From: a virus
Taxonomy: Duplodnaviria > Caudoviricetes
Virus record (IMG/VR): IMGVR_UViG_3300045110_000374
Location: 1 to 62,667 of that record
Length of the DNA: 62,667 nucleotides
Direction: 5' to 3' (one strand)
Of this stretch, positions 26,951 to 35,037 are shown piece after piece (within the stretch, counting starts at the first letter, position 1; every line of letters starts with the position of its first letter). The notes below the pieces were generated by a model. The model ran no database searches. It was not told where the DNA came from and saw nothing but the letters and a program-made list of their open reading frames with translations. The position numbers and the translations under genes are program-made.

Positions 26951-27501
26951 GAGCCAAAGCTCGCCAAGTCTTGTCACTCCACGCCCAGCCTTGCCCGGGC
27001 TAACCCTGCCTGCCTTGCCACTCCCCGCCATGGCCCACCAAGCCTAACCGGGTCATATCACGACTAGCCTGTCTTGCCATTTCCCGCCCCATCGTGCCGA
27101 GCCGTAGCCCGCCGCGCCTGCCTTGTCTGTCCTTGCCTTGCCCCAGCACGCCTAGCTCTGCCCAACCATCCTCGCCTGCCTTGCCTCTTCTTCCCTCGCC
27201 AGACCTCGGCCAGTCATTCCTAGTCGCCCTTGCCGAGCCAGCCGGACCTTGCCAACCTCATCGGGGCATATCTGGCCCCGCCTTACTTCACCACGCCTGC
27301 CAGACCATGTCTGACCTGATCCGGCCCCGTCCTCCTCGCCATTGCTTGCCGTGCCGGCCGTGCAGTGCCATGTACCGCCCTAACGGTCCTTGCCTCGCGA
27401 TCCAGGCCTTGCCTGCCTTGTCATGGCTCGCCGTGTCAGGCCCCGGCCAGCCTCGCATGACATGCCACGGCATGACTCACAGCGTCGTGTCGCGCCTCGC
27501 C
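26951..27501 (-). ncRNA. Pentamer-periodic (GGY-NN) guide-like RNA array, ~9 units of 49-63 nt separated by GGCAGGC-type junctions (VIPR-like)
   Basis: Plus-strand junctions gcctgcc/variants at 27008, 27067, 27116, 27174, 27237, 27295, 27353, 27411; between them G-led 5-mers such as GGCTA GTCGT GATAT GACCC GGTTA GGCTT GGTGG GCCAT GGCGG GGAGT GGCAA. Confidence 0.85.
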
Positions 27502-27510
27502 AAAACATCT

Positions 27511-27999
27511 TTAATTTGCACGCACCTCTTGCTCTGGCACAGATTCAGCGCGCAGTCGGATGCCAAAGCCCGTTAGATCGGCGATGCGTTGGTCAATCTC
27601 ACCCTCAAGGCCCAGCGCAATCGCAATATCGCGTGCTCGGCGCAACCGGGAAGCCGCGTGCTCGAATTCGGCAGCAACGGTTTCTCTCGCAAGTTCTTCT
27701 TCCGATTGCAGGCGCCGCACCGAACGATAGCCCTGTTTGTTGCTCGGTTGCTCGACGTCACGCACATAGCCAACAACGCCGACTTGAACGCGGTTGATAA
27801 CGATATGCACCTCGACGCGCCGTATAAGCTCGCGCGCTTGGTTAAGACGGTGCGCTTGAGCGGCCGCGGCATCGTCCCATTCGAACTCCTTATGCAACGG
27901 GCTGTTATGGTCTTGCGCCGCGCGAACGATGTCATCGGGTGTGATTCGTCCGTCTTCGGTTTCCAGTGCCGTGATGGCGTCAATAAGTTCTTTACGCAT
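27511..27999 (-). CDS. Accessory protein of the Cas7-like/pentamer-array locus
   Basis: ITP.DIV.AA...NSPLH.EFEWDD..AA..HRL.QAR.LIR motif; start overlaps the Cas7-like stop; stop lies 10 nt before the array. Confidence 0.8.
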   Translation of the reverse strand: MRKELIDAITALETEDGRITPDDIVRAAQDHNSPLHKEFEWDDAAAAQAHRLNQARELIRRVEVHIVINRVQVGVVGYVRDVEQPSNKQGYRSVRRLQSEEELARETVAAEFEHAASRLRRARDIAIALGLEGEIDQRIADLTGFGIRLRAESVPEQEVRAN

Positions 28000-28822
28000 G
28001 TGCGGCTTCTCCTTCTGAAGTGTCGATTGCCTTGCGCCGCTTTTTGGGCTTGTCCGAATCGGAGCCGCGGCGCTTGCGCTCCTCGTAATACCAGCGGTAC
28101 ATGTCCTCCGTTTCGTCGTCGTAGAAATCAGGATTGGCCAAAGCCTCGTCCTGGATTTCACGGCCTTCGCGCAGAACGGCGAGATATTCTGGGTCATCCT
28201 CAGTCACAATTTCGAATTGGCCAAAGCTGAAGGTGCCTTTCTCTTGTCGGCCGTCGCCTACACCAACGATCATGCCGGCCGCGGCAAGCAGATTGGCGAC
28301 GGATTGAAAGTTCAGTTTTGGACGCATGTATCGCAACGTGATTGTTGTCGCCCACTTCGGCAGAAGTGCGCGAGTTCTAATATCCGGCGTCTTCTGAATT
28401 CCAGCCATGCGGACAACCGCCATGTAAAGCTGCGGGCGTCCGAAGATTTCAACGTCTCCCCATTGCGCTGTTAGCAATCGACCGATTTCAGTCTTGGCAG
28501 CACCGGGGATGTCCAGCGCAGCGGATGCTGCCGCCTTCTTGAGCGCATTCGATGGGAATTTGAGACGCGTCGGGTGATCGTCCGTGCGGTAACGGTAAAC
28601 GCTGTCGCGATACTCTTGTAGTGGGTCATGCTTGATGTTGGACGCCTTCTCCGCTGCGCCCATTCTGCCCGGTCGCGGCAGCAACAACTGCATCCGCGCC
28701 TTCTCGCTCATCCGATTAAAAACGAAAGGTGAGCGCCCTAGGATATGAAATTGCGCTTCGCCGAATTCGAGTTCTGAAATCACCAATTCGGCGCTTGCCG
28801 ACGTCTTACTCTCTCGTGCCAT
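27992..28822 (-). CDS. Stand-alone Cas7/RAMP-like RNA-binding protein (Vipr-like)
   Basis: RAMP-type layout: F.ILG.SPF.F strand, FPSNALKKA (cf. IPGSSLKG), R.R..LP.W strand, terminal Gly-rich loop GVGDGRQEKGTFSFGQFEI; GGAGG RBS. Confidence 0.78.
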   Translation of the reverse strand: MARESKTSASAELVISELEFGEAQFHILGRSPFVFNRMSEKARMQLLLPRPGRMGAAEKASNIKHDPLQEYRDSVYRYRTDDHPTRLKFPSNALKKAAASAALDIPGAAKTEIGRLLTAQWGDVEIFGRPQLYMAVVRMAGIQKTPDIRTRALLPKWATTITLRYMRPKLNFQSVANLLAAAGMIVGVGDGRQEKGTFSFGQFEIVTEDDPEYLAVLREGREIQDEALANPDFYDDETEDMYRWYYEERKRRGSDSDKPKKRRKAIDTSEGEAAHA

Positions 28823-28957
28823 GAACGGCCTCCATTGTCGCGCGGCCAGTCACGCCCGACGCGATGAAGCGGGGGATGCGGTGAGGCATCGCCGTCGACA
28901 ATGGAGGTTCTCTGGATACTGCTCACCGCGTTCGCCTTGTGACTGCAAGGTGTTGTT

Positions 28958-28986
28958 GATTTACGATTGGGGTGGAAATTAAGCAA
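28958..28986 (-). promoter_or_regulatory. Putative sigma70 promoter for the Cas7-like operon
   Basis: TTGCTT-N17-TAAATC on the minus strand. Confidence 0.5.
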
Positions 28987-29099
28987 GAGGGGCGACCATA
29001 AAAATCATTTGGTGCGCCCCTCCTCTTACTTAGCTTGCCTAAGCCTGACGGACCGGGTCTTGCCAAAACTGGCCGAAGCGGGGCATGCCATTCCTTGCC
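28987..29099 (-). ncRNA. Solo pentamer guide-like unit (14 G-led 5-mers) followed by a hairpin
   Basis: GGCAA GGAAT GGCAT GCCCC GCTTC GGCCA GTTTT GGCAA GACCC GGTCC GTCAG GCTTA GGCAA GCTAA, then GAGGGGCG..CGCCCCTC stem. Confidence 0.75.
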
Positions 29100-29162
29100 T
29101 ACTTACAACGCGGTAGAAACTACTGTATTCCCCAAGTAAAGGTTTTTGAAAAGGGGCTTGTA

Positions 29163-29696
29163 GTGATTCCGCGACACTTAAGGCCGGCTGAATACACAAT
29201 CCATTGCGAATGTTTGATCTGCGGCCATGTTTACAGCCGAAAGGTGCGCAGGGTGACTGAACGAAACCCACCCTGCCCCATCAAAGCCTGCCGCGAGGCT
29301 CAGGCCAAGGCCCAAGCCGAACGCATGGCGGCCAATATCGAGAACATTATCGCCGAGCAAAGGCCGCCCGGTGTTGTTGGTTCGAACGTCGCCAAAGCCA
29401 TCGATCACACGAATGAAATCGTCGCGCGGGATTATGGTTTTTCGGATGTTCGTGACGCTAAGCGCGAGGGTGACACATCGGTTCCTCGGCTTCCCACCCA
29501 CCAGCAAGCCCGTGTCGACGGCTTCTGGGGCAACAAACCAAAGCACAACCCCGCCCTTGCGAACCAAATGCACCTGCTAGGGCAGCGCGCCATGGCCGGC
29601 TCGTTTGCACCGCGGGAAAAGACGATTGTCGATCACGCACTTTCGCCCGAGCACGGCCCTGGCTTGAAGCCCAACATCAAAATCATCGCCGGCTAA
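29163..29696 (+). CDS. Zinc-ribbon protein preceding portal
   Basis: C.C..CGH...CP...C; likely GTG start at 29163 after AAGGGG. Confidence 0.7.
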   Translation: MIPRHLRPAEYTIHCECLICGHVYSRKVRRVTERNPPCPIKACREAQAKAQAERMAANIENIIAEQRPPGVVGSNVAKAIDHTNEIVARDYGFSDVRDAKREGDTSVPRLPTHQQARVDGFWGNKPKHNPALANQMHLLGQRAMAGSFAPREKTIVDHALSPEHGPGLKPNIKIIAG

Positions 29697-29702
29697 CACA
29701 AC

Positions 29703-31505
29703 ATGGCGCTCAAGATACCCAAGAAGGGACTTGGCCAATGGGCGCAGGAACTCGTTTCTTTATGCAGCGCATCGCAGAAGGACCGCATCCAGAAAGGCGC
29801 CTTCTACAGAAATCTTTATTTAACCGGGGACAGTGACGGCAACCCCGCGACATACCCCAAGGCTGTGCCGTATCTCGAAAATCTCGCATCGTTTCTGTAC
29901 TCGCCCGTCGAACTGCGCTTTGCCATCGAAGCGTCAGAACAACCCGACGAAACCGCGATGGCGAAGGCCGCACAGCAACGGCTGCACAGCGAGATTCGCG
30001 GCGGAAGCGTCGACCTCGAAGTTGACGAAAGCGTCATCTGGTCTTTGGTGAAGGGCAAAAGCTTTCTGCAATTGCTGTGGGCCGGCGGTGGCTTCGAAGC
30101 CAACATGATGCAGCCCGAGCTGTTTGGGGTGATGCGCGAAGACCTAAGCTCACTCGACGCGCAAGAGTGCTTCTTTCATTCGGTGTATCTCACCAAGGGG
30201 CAATTCGCGTCCATGGTGCAGGGCCACCCGGACGCGGAAAGCATGATCCGCAAAGCCAAGTCGTACTTGGACCCTGAGAAGGTCAAGCAACCGGGCGATC
30301 AGTCGGACCTCTTGAAGACGGTGATTCTTGGAGGGCTCAACCCCTATCAAAAAGCCGGCTCCCCGCAGCCGAGAACCCAAGGCGTGACCGATTGGCTTTC
30401 GGGCCCGCGGCCAACGTTCGATCCAAAGGTTTTGGCCGAACTCATACGCTTAGACGAACTCTGGGTTCGAGACGCCGCTCGCGGCGAGGACTGGACCACG
30501 CTGCAAGTCGTGGGCACCGATTGTATCGTCGAAGGCAAATACGTGCACCGCAACCTGTTCGCAGACCCGGTTGGCGTGACCGATCGCGAACTTCTTGAGC
30601 AATCCAGAAAGGCCAACCCGCTTACCGGCCATCACCCCTTCATCGAGTTTTGTGCGAACCCCTTGAAGGGCTATTTCTGGGGAAAGTCTGAAATCAACAA
30701 CATCGCCCTTTTGCAGATCGCCTTGAACGCCCGCATGGCCGGTATCCAAAGCTTGCTGCGCCGCCAAGAAAACCCGCCAAGGTATTTCACGGGTACGTCG
30801 ACGATTAACCAGAACGCCTACGCCAAGTTGAACAAGCCGGGCGGTTTCTTGGCCGATGGTGCGCCCAACGCGAAGATGGAAACGCTTGCCCCTGACTTGC
30901 CCGATGACCTCTGGATGGACTTGCGCGAGATCGAGCAAATGTTCGACGACATGGGCGGGTTCTCGGCCGTCATGCGGGGAAAAGGGGAATCTGGTGTGCG
31001 CGCCCAAGGCCATGCCGAGACACTCGTTCGAACCGCCTCGCCCCGCTTCAAAACGCGCGCCCTTCGCATAGAGCGCTCTGTGGAAGCGGTCGGGGGCCTT
31101 GCGCTGGATATTCTTCGCGCCAAGCTTTCCGACAAACTCGCCGGTTGGGCAAAGCCGGGCCCGCCGCTTCCCAACGAAGCGCCTGCCGCATGGTGGAGCC
31201 GCTTCTTCACCGCACCCGCGCCGGGCATGAAGCGCATCGAGTTCATGATGTACGACCTCCCCGCAGGCTGCAAAGTCACCGTGGACAGCCACTCCTCCTC
31301 GCCCGCCTTCAGCCATGAGTCCAAAGAACTGGCCTTCGAACTCAACAAGGTCGGCGCCATTAGCCCAACCGATCTTCTTGCCCTCGCCCATCCCCCGCAC
31401 GAAGAAAGCTTGATCTTGGAAGCCGAGCGGCGTGAGATCGAGCACGCCAAATTCATGGCGGAGCACCCGGAGCTGGCGGCCAAAGAAGGCAAGAAGAAAA
31501 AATAG
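29703..31505 (+). CDS. Portal protein
   Basis: 600 aa downstream of terL; HPFIEFC.NP..GYFWG.S, GVRA.GHA..L segments typical of podovirus-type portals. Confidence 0.8.
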   Translation: MALKIPKKGLGQWAQELVSLCSASQKDRIQKGAFYRNLYLTGDSDGNPATYPKAVPYLENLASFLYSPVELRFAIEASEQPDETAMAKAAQQRLHSEIRGGSVDLEVDESVIWSLVKGKSFLQLLWAGGGFEANMMQPELFGVMREDLSSLDAQECFFHSVYLTKGQFASMVQGHPDAESMIRKAKSYLDPEKVKQPGDQSDLLKTVILGGLNPYQKAGSPQPRTQGVTDWLSGPRPTFDPKVLAELIRLDELWVRDAARGEDWTTLQVVGTDCIVEGKYVHRNLFADPVGVTDRELLEQSRKANPLTGHHPFIEFCANPLKGYFWGKSEINNIALLQIALNARMAGIQSLLRRQENPPRYFTGTSTINQNAYAKLNKPGGFLADGAPNAKMETLAPDLPDDLWMDLREIEQMFDDMGGFSAVMRGKGESGVRAQGHAETLVRTASPRFKTRALRIERSVEAVGGLALDILRAKLSDKLAGWAKPGPPLPNEAPAAWWSRFFTAPAPGMKRIEFMMYDLPAGCKVTVDSHSSSPAFSHESKELAFELNKVGAISPTDLLALAHPPHEESLILEAERREIEHAKFMAEHPELAAKEGKKKK

Positions 31506-31510
31506 ACCGC

Positions 31511-33355
31511 TTAACGTACCATCACGGTTGGATAAGAGTTCGCAATCGCGCTCAAATAATACTCGTCTGGGGACTGACCTTGGCCGCCATGTGCCTTGTT
31601 TATCAAGGTTTGCACGACAATCTGGTTCACGCCTGAGTAGGTGATCCGAGTTTTGTCCAAAAATAGGATTTGAAGGTACGACCGGGCCGGGTCGTAGCCA
31701 ACCCAATCCATCAGTCGAGATGTATTTCGAAAGTAGAACCAAAACCCTTCGCCAAGCCCCCCCATACTGCTGGTGGTGCCGCCTCCCGTCGGAGCGACCG
31801 CCGTGCCAACCCCGGTGGCTGATCCAACCGCGGCGGCGGTTGCGGCGCTAACCCCAAGCGCTGTGCCGGTACCGGTGGCTGAGCCTCTTTTGCCGGTCGT
31901 GTCGCCGACGGCAAGCGCTGTGCCAATACCAGCGGCTGTGCCCCGGCTTCCTGTGGTCGCGCCGACGGCTGCGGCCGAGCCAACGCCCGCGGCCGAGCCG
32001 ATGCTGGCTGTAGCGCCGACGGCAGCAGCGGTGCCGACGCCGGCTGCCGAACCGCTGCTGGTGCCTATCGATGCGCCGGCAGCAGCGGCAGCGCCCGTAC
32101 CAGTAGCCGCACCAACGCCCAATCCGGTGCTTGTCGATGTGCCGACACCAGCGGCGCCACCAACGCCAGCAGCCGAGCCAGCGCTTGCTGTTGCGCTAAG
32201 CGCAGACGCTGTGCCGATACCGGACGCTGCGCCGACGCTGCCCGTCACGGCACCGACACCAAGCGCTGTGCCGACACCGGACGCCGAACCGATGCTGCCA
32301 AGTACTGCACCGACGCCATTGGCTGCACCAACGCCAGCAGCAGCGCCGGTTGCAGAAACTATGCTGCCGTTCGAGGTTTCGCTTCCGAGCGTGTAGAACG
32401 TTGCAGGAGCGTTCTGATTGCGATACGAGGCCGTGAGCCAATCAGCCGACCGGACCGTATTGGAAATCCTCAATTCGTCGAGGATTCCGTTCCATTCGCG
32501 AGATGACGTCGCTGAGTCATGTCCCGCATAGCTCGTGACGGCCGATGTATCGAGGACAAAGCCGCCGCCGGCTGTGCCGGCAGAAGCGTTATTGACATAC
32601 GAGGCAAGCCCGGTCCCCGTGCTGTAGGTCCAATCCACCTTATAAAAAGTGCTGGTTGAGAGCGTGATGGACCCGGGATCGAGCTGAGTTGCGCCGACGT
32701 TCTGGAGATAGGCTGCGGTCTTGCCTGCACTAGTGATGAAGAATTGCGAATAGACCGTTACGCTGCCGTTAATGCGCGACCAGACCGTGTTGTAGCCGTG
32801 CGGAAACGATGTGGCGTTAACCCAACATTCGACCGTGATGGCCGCAGGGTTGATCGCGTTACTTGTCGACGCGTACTGGGTGCTGACGGAAGCAAGCGCC
32901 ATTCCCCCGTCGACCTTGCCGGCGCCTGCGATGGGGCTGTTCGTGGGTGCGCCGTTATTGCCGTTCGACGTGCTGTCGGCAAGACTGAGTGTCGTCCCGT
33001 CCCTATAGTGATAGACGCCAAGATAGGCGCTGTTCCACACCGAACTCGCCACCGACTGGAACGTCGAGACCGTGTTGTCGCCGTAGAAGCAGGCAAATGT
33101 ATCGGCGACCGCGTGAAGCGTCGTGGCCTTGAAGTGCGCCACCACGTCGCCGGTGGCGGAATTGTAGCGCTCCATTTCCCAGAAGAACGGGGACGATCCG
33201 TCGCCGTTCGGCCCAAAGCCTATGTCATTGCCGTTCGCGTCCGTGACGTGCGTGCGATCGATCTGCGAGGCGAACAGGACTGGGAAATCCGTCAGGTTGC
33301 CCGACGGCGGCTGGGCGATGGTGAACGGAACGTAGTAGGCCGGCGTAATCGCCAT
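31511..33355 (-). CDS. Virion-associated DUF2341/LamG (ConA-like) protein with Gly/Ala repeats and C-terminal KTSC-like domain
   Basis: LTDFPVL..D.NG.DI.F, GVYH, WNGILDELRISNTVRSADW; GSA.GVG.A repeats; VGYDP....L.I.F....Y.GV. Confidence 0.7.
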   Translation of the reverse strand: MAITPAYYVPFTIAQPPSGNLTDFPVLFASQIDRTHVTDANGNDIGFGPNGDGSSPFFWEMERYNSATGDVVAHFKATTLHAVADTFACFYGDNTVSTFQSVASSVWNSAYLGVYHYRDGTTLSLADSTSNGNNGAPTNSPIAGAGKVDGGMALASVSTQYASTSNAINPAAITVECWVNATSFPHGYNTVWSRINGSVTVYSQFFITSAGKTAAYLQNVGATQLDPGSITLSTSTFYKVDWTYSTGTGLASYVNNASAGTAGGGFVLDTSAVTSYAGHDSATSSREWNGILDELRISNTVRSADWLTASYRNQNAPATFYTLGSETSNGSIVSATGAAAGVGAANGVGAVLGSIGSASGVGTALGVGAVTGSVGAASGIGTASALSATASAGSAAGVGGAAGVGTSTSTGLGVGAATGTGAAAAAGASIGTSSGSAAGVGTAAAVGATASIGSAAGVGSAAAVGATTGSRGTAAGIGTALAVGDTTGKRGSATGTGTALGVSAATAAAVGSATGVGTAVAPTGGGTTSSMGGLGEGFWFYFRNTSRLMDWVGYDPARSYLQILFLDKTRITYSGVNQIVVQTLINKAHGGQGQSPDEYYLSAIANSYPTVMVR

Positions 33356-33360
33356 GACCT

Positions 33361-33783
33361 TTACGCCTTGAGCGCGGCGGCATCCTGCGCGGCGATCATG
33401 TCATTATAGCGTGCGAGCGTGACCGGATCGTTCAAGGCCTTCACGGCCGCAAGCCGCTGGGCCTCAACGAACGCTTTCTCCGCTGCGGCCAATGCAAGCT
33501 GTTCTGGAGTTGGTTCAGCCGGCGGCTTCGGCTGCAAGACGGACAGATCGACGGTTCCCGTCGGGATTGCCGCGGCCATGGCATCGATGTTGTTCAAGTT
33601 CTCGACGTGATCCTTGACGACGTTCATCCAAAGATCGGGCCGCGACATCGGGTGAATCTTGGTGACGCTTCGGCCGTCGTTGGGGTGATCGTACTTGACC
33701 GTCAGGAATAGCCGGCCAACTTCATCGGGCTTCGTCACGTCGCCCACGCGCTGTGAGATGACGGTCGCTATCCAGTCAGCCAT
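33361..33783 (-). CDS. Hypothetical protein (tail-fibre cassette)
   Basis: Coupled ORF. Confidence 0.65.
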   Translation of the reverse strand: MADWIATVISQRVGDVTKPDEVGRLFLTVKYDHPNDGRSVTKIHPMSRPDLWMNVVKDHVENLNNIDAMAAAIPTGTVDLSVLQPKPPAEPTPEQLALAAAEKAFVEAQRLAAVKALNDPVTLARYNDMIAAQDAAALKA

Positions 33784-34231
33784 AGCCGGCCCCCATGAGC
33801 ATCTTTTTGGTTTTGGAGCGCGCCGCCATCATGCGCTCTTTGATAAGAACGGGGTCGCTTTCACGATTGGCGTAGCATTCCGCGACTGCTGCGCTCATTG
33901 CGGCTTCGACGGCGTCAGCCAGTCCCGGCACTTTCGAGTTGCAGGACACGCCAACCGCCGAGACGATACGTGGATAAATCCGTTCGGCTTTGGGCTTTAG
34001 TTGGTCTGGCAGGCCAGAAGGAAGTCCGCGCTCACAGAGCCAACGATGCGAATAGGCGCGCGCCATAAAGCCAACCATGATCGATTGCGTGCGCGCATGG
34101 TGCATAACGATCTCGGCCTCTGTGTCGTTCTTCGGCTGCGGCATGTTTGGGAACGTCTCTTGCCAATGCCGCCTGAGCGCCGCCAGATCGCCGCGCTCTA
34201 AGCAATCGCGAAAATCGTCATGCGCCGACAT
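33776..34231 (-). CDS. Hypothetical protein
   Basis: AYSHRWL.ERGLPS.LPD.LKPKAER.YP segment looks conserved. Confidence 0.7.
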   Translation of the reverse strand: MSAHDDFRDCLERGDLAALRRHWQETFPNMPQPKNDTEAEIVMHHARTQSIMVGFMARAYSHRWLCERGLPSGLPDQLKPKAERIYPRIVSAVGVSCNSKVPGLADAVEAAMSAAVAECYANRESDPVLIKERMMAARSKTKKMLMGAGYG

Positions 34232-34233
34232 GG

Positions 34234-35037
34234 TCAGTGCCCATCCTTGATTGGAGCGCCGCCAATGTTGTGAGACCCGCAATCGAGGCAGACGAAAACG
34301 CTATGCTTGCCGTGCTTGCCTTGCCGAAGTTGTAAATTGTCCGGGTGGTTATTGCCGGGATCACCGTCGATGTGATGCACCGTTTCGGTTTTGAGCAACG
34401 GTCGACCAAGTTTCCGAGCCATCACCAATCGATGCTCAAGAACATGACTGTCATTCATAGCCATACAGTACAGTGGATCATCAACAGCAACCCAAACCCG
34501 AACATACCCATTTGAATCAAGCATCCGTCCACCCTTCCACATGGAATGAGCAGCCCCCGCTTCTCTCTTGGGTGAGATACCGTGACGGCGCATAGCGCGA
34601 CTAATAAAAGACTGCGAACGACCAAGCTCTAGCGAAATCTTCACCTGCCCCATACCTGCCGCCTTCAGCTTTCTGATGCGATCAAGTTCACCGGGCTTCA
34701 GAGGCTGTGCTTCGCTCTCACGAAGAACGGCACCAGCTCGCCGAAGCGCATACTTGAAGGCATACCCGGACGCTTTGCCAAAATGCTCATTTAGTCGACT
34801 TACAGGAACGCCCGATTCGTAGACCTTGCGTATCTCTTGTTCTCGTCCGACAAACATTGTCGCGTTCTTTCGCCACTCGGTCAGACCTACCTTGGGGATG
34901 TCATACTTCGTTAAGACACGATGGACGGTCGTGTCCCCGATCCCAAGCGCCGTAGCTGTTTTGTAAACAGAGTGGCTGTGCCGATAATGATCGATAATTT
35001 GATCATCAGTGACAGGATTAGCGCGTTGTTTCCCCAT
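34234..35037 (-). CDS. HNH homing endonuclease
   Basis: WKGGR..D..GYV..VLEHRLVMA..LGRPL...ETVHHIDGD..NN.PDNL. Confidence 0.9.
   Translation of the reverse strand: MGKQRANPVTDDQIIDHYRHSHSVYKTATALGIGDTTVHRVLTKYDIPKVGLTEWRKNATMFVGREQEIRKVYESGVPVSRLNEHFGKASGYAFKYALRRAGAVLRESEAQPLKPGELDRIRKLKAAGMGQVKISLELGRSQSFISRAMRRHGISPKREAGAAHSMWKGGRMLDSNGYVRVWVAVDDPLYCMAMNDSHVLEHRLVMARKLGRPLLKTETVHHIDGDPGNNHPDNLQLRQGKHGKHSVFVCLDCGSHNIGGAPIKDGH

Noticed and set aside
27116-27176. Array unit decoding to GEYVG of the helicase
   Set aside because: Depends on a parse with poorer GGY conformity; the better parse gives no such match
26951-27501. Canonical CRISPR array
   Set aside because: No identical 25-40-nt repeats alternating with unique spacers; conservation is a 5-nt period plus 7-nt junctions, and no cas1/cas2 is present
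27455-27501. First array unit decoding to AEIVM(H) in the 33776..34231 gene
   Set aside because: Short match (13/16 bases) that improves only with a flexible parse of a 4-mer; plausible by chance over a 62-kb genome and about ten guides
27094-27576. Pro/Cys-rich ORFs over the array (27094..27576 +, 27288..27473 -, 27390..27797 +)
   Set aside because: Low-complexity translations produced by the pentamer periodicity; no RBS or protein-like character
30450-31742. Long antisense ORFs (e.g. 30450..31742 -, 49505..51244 -, 59763..60677 +)
   Set aside because: Shadow frames opposite well-supported genes in GC-rich DNA
31790-32350. Nucleotide repeat array or DGR-type repeats
   Set aside because: Repeats are in frame and explained by the Gly/Ala protein linker; no reverse transcriptase seen in the window
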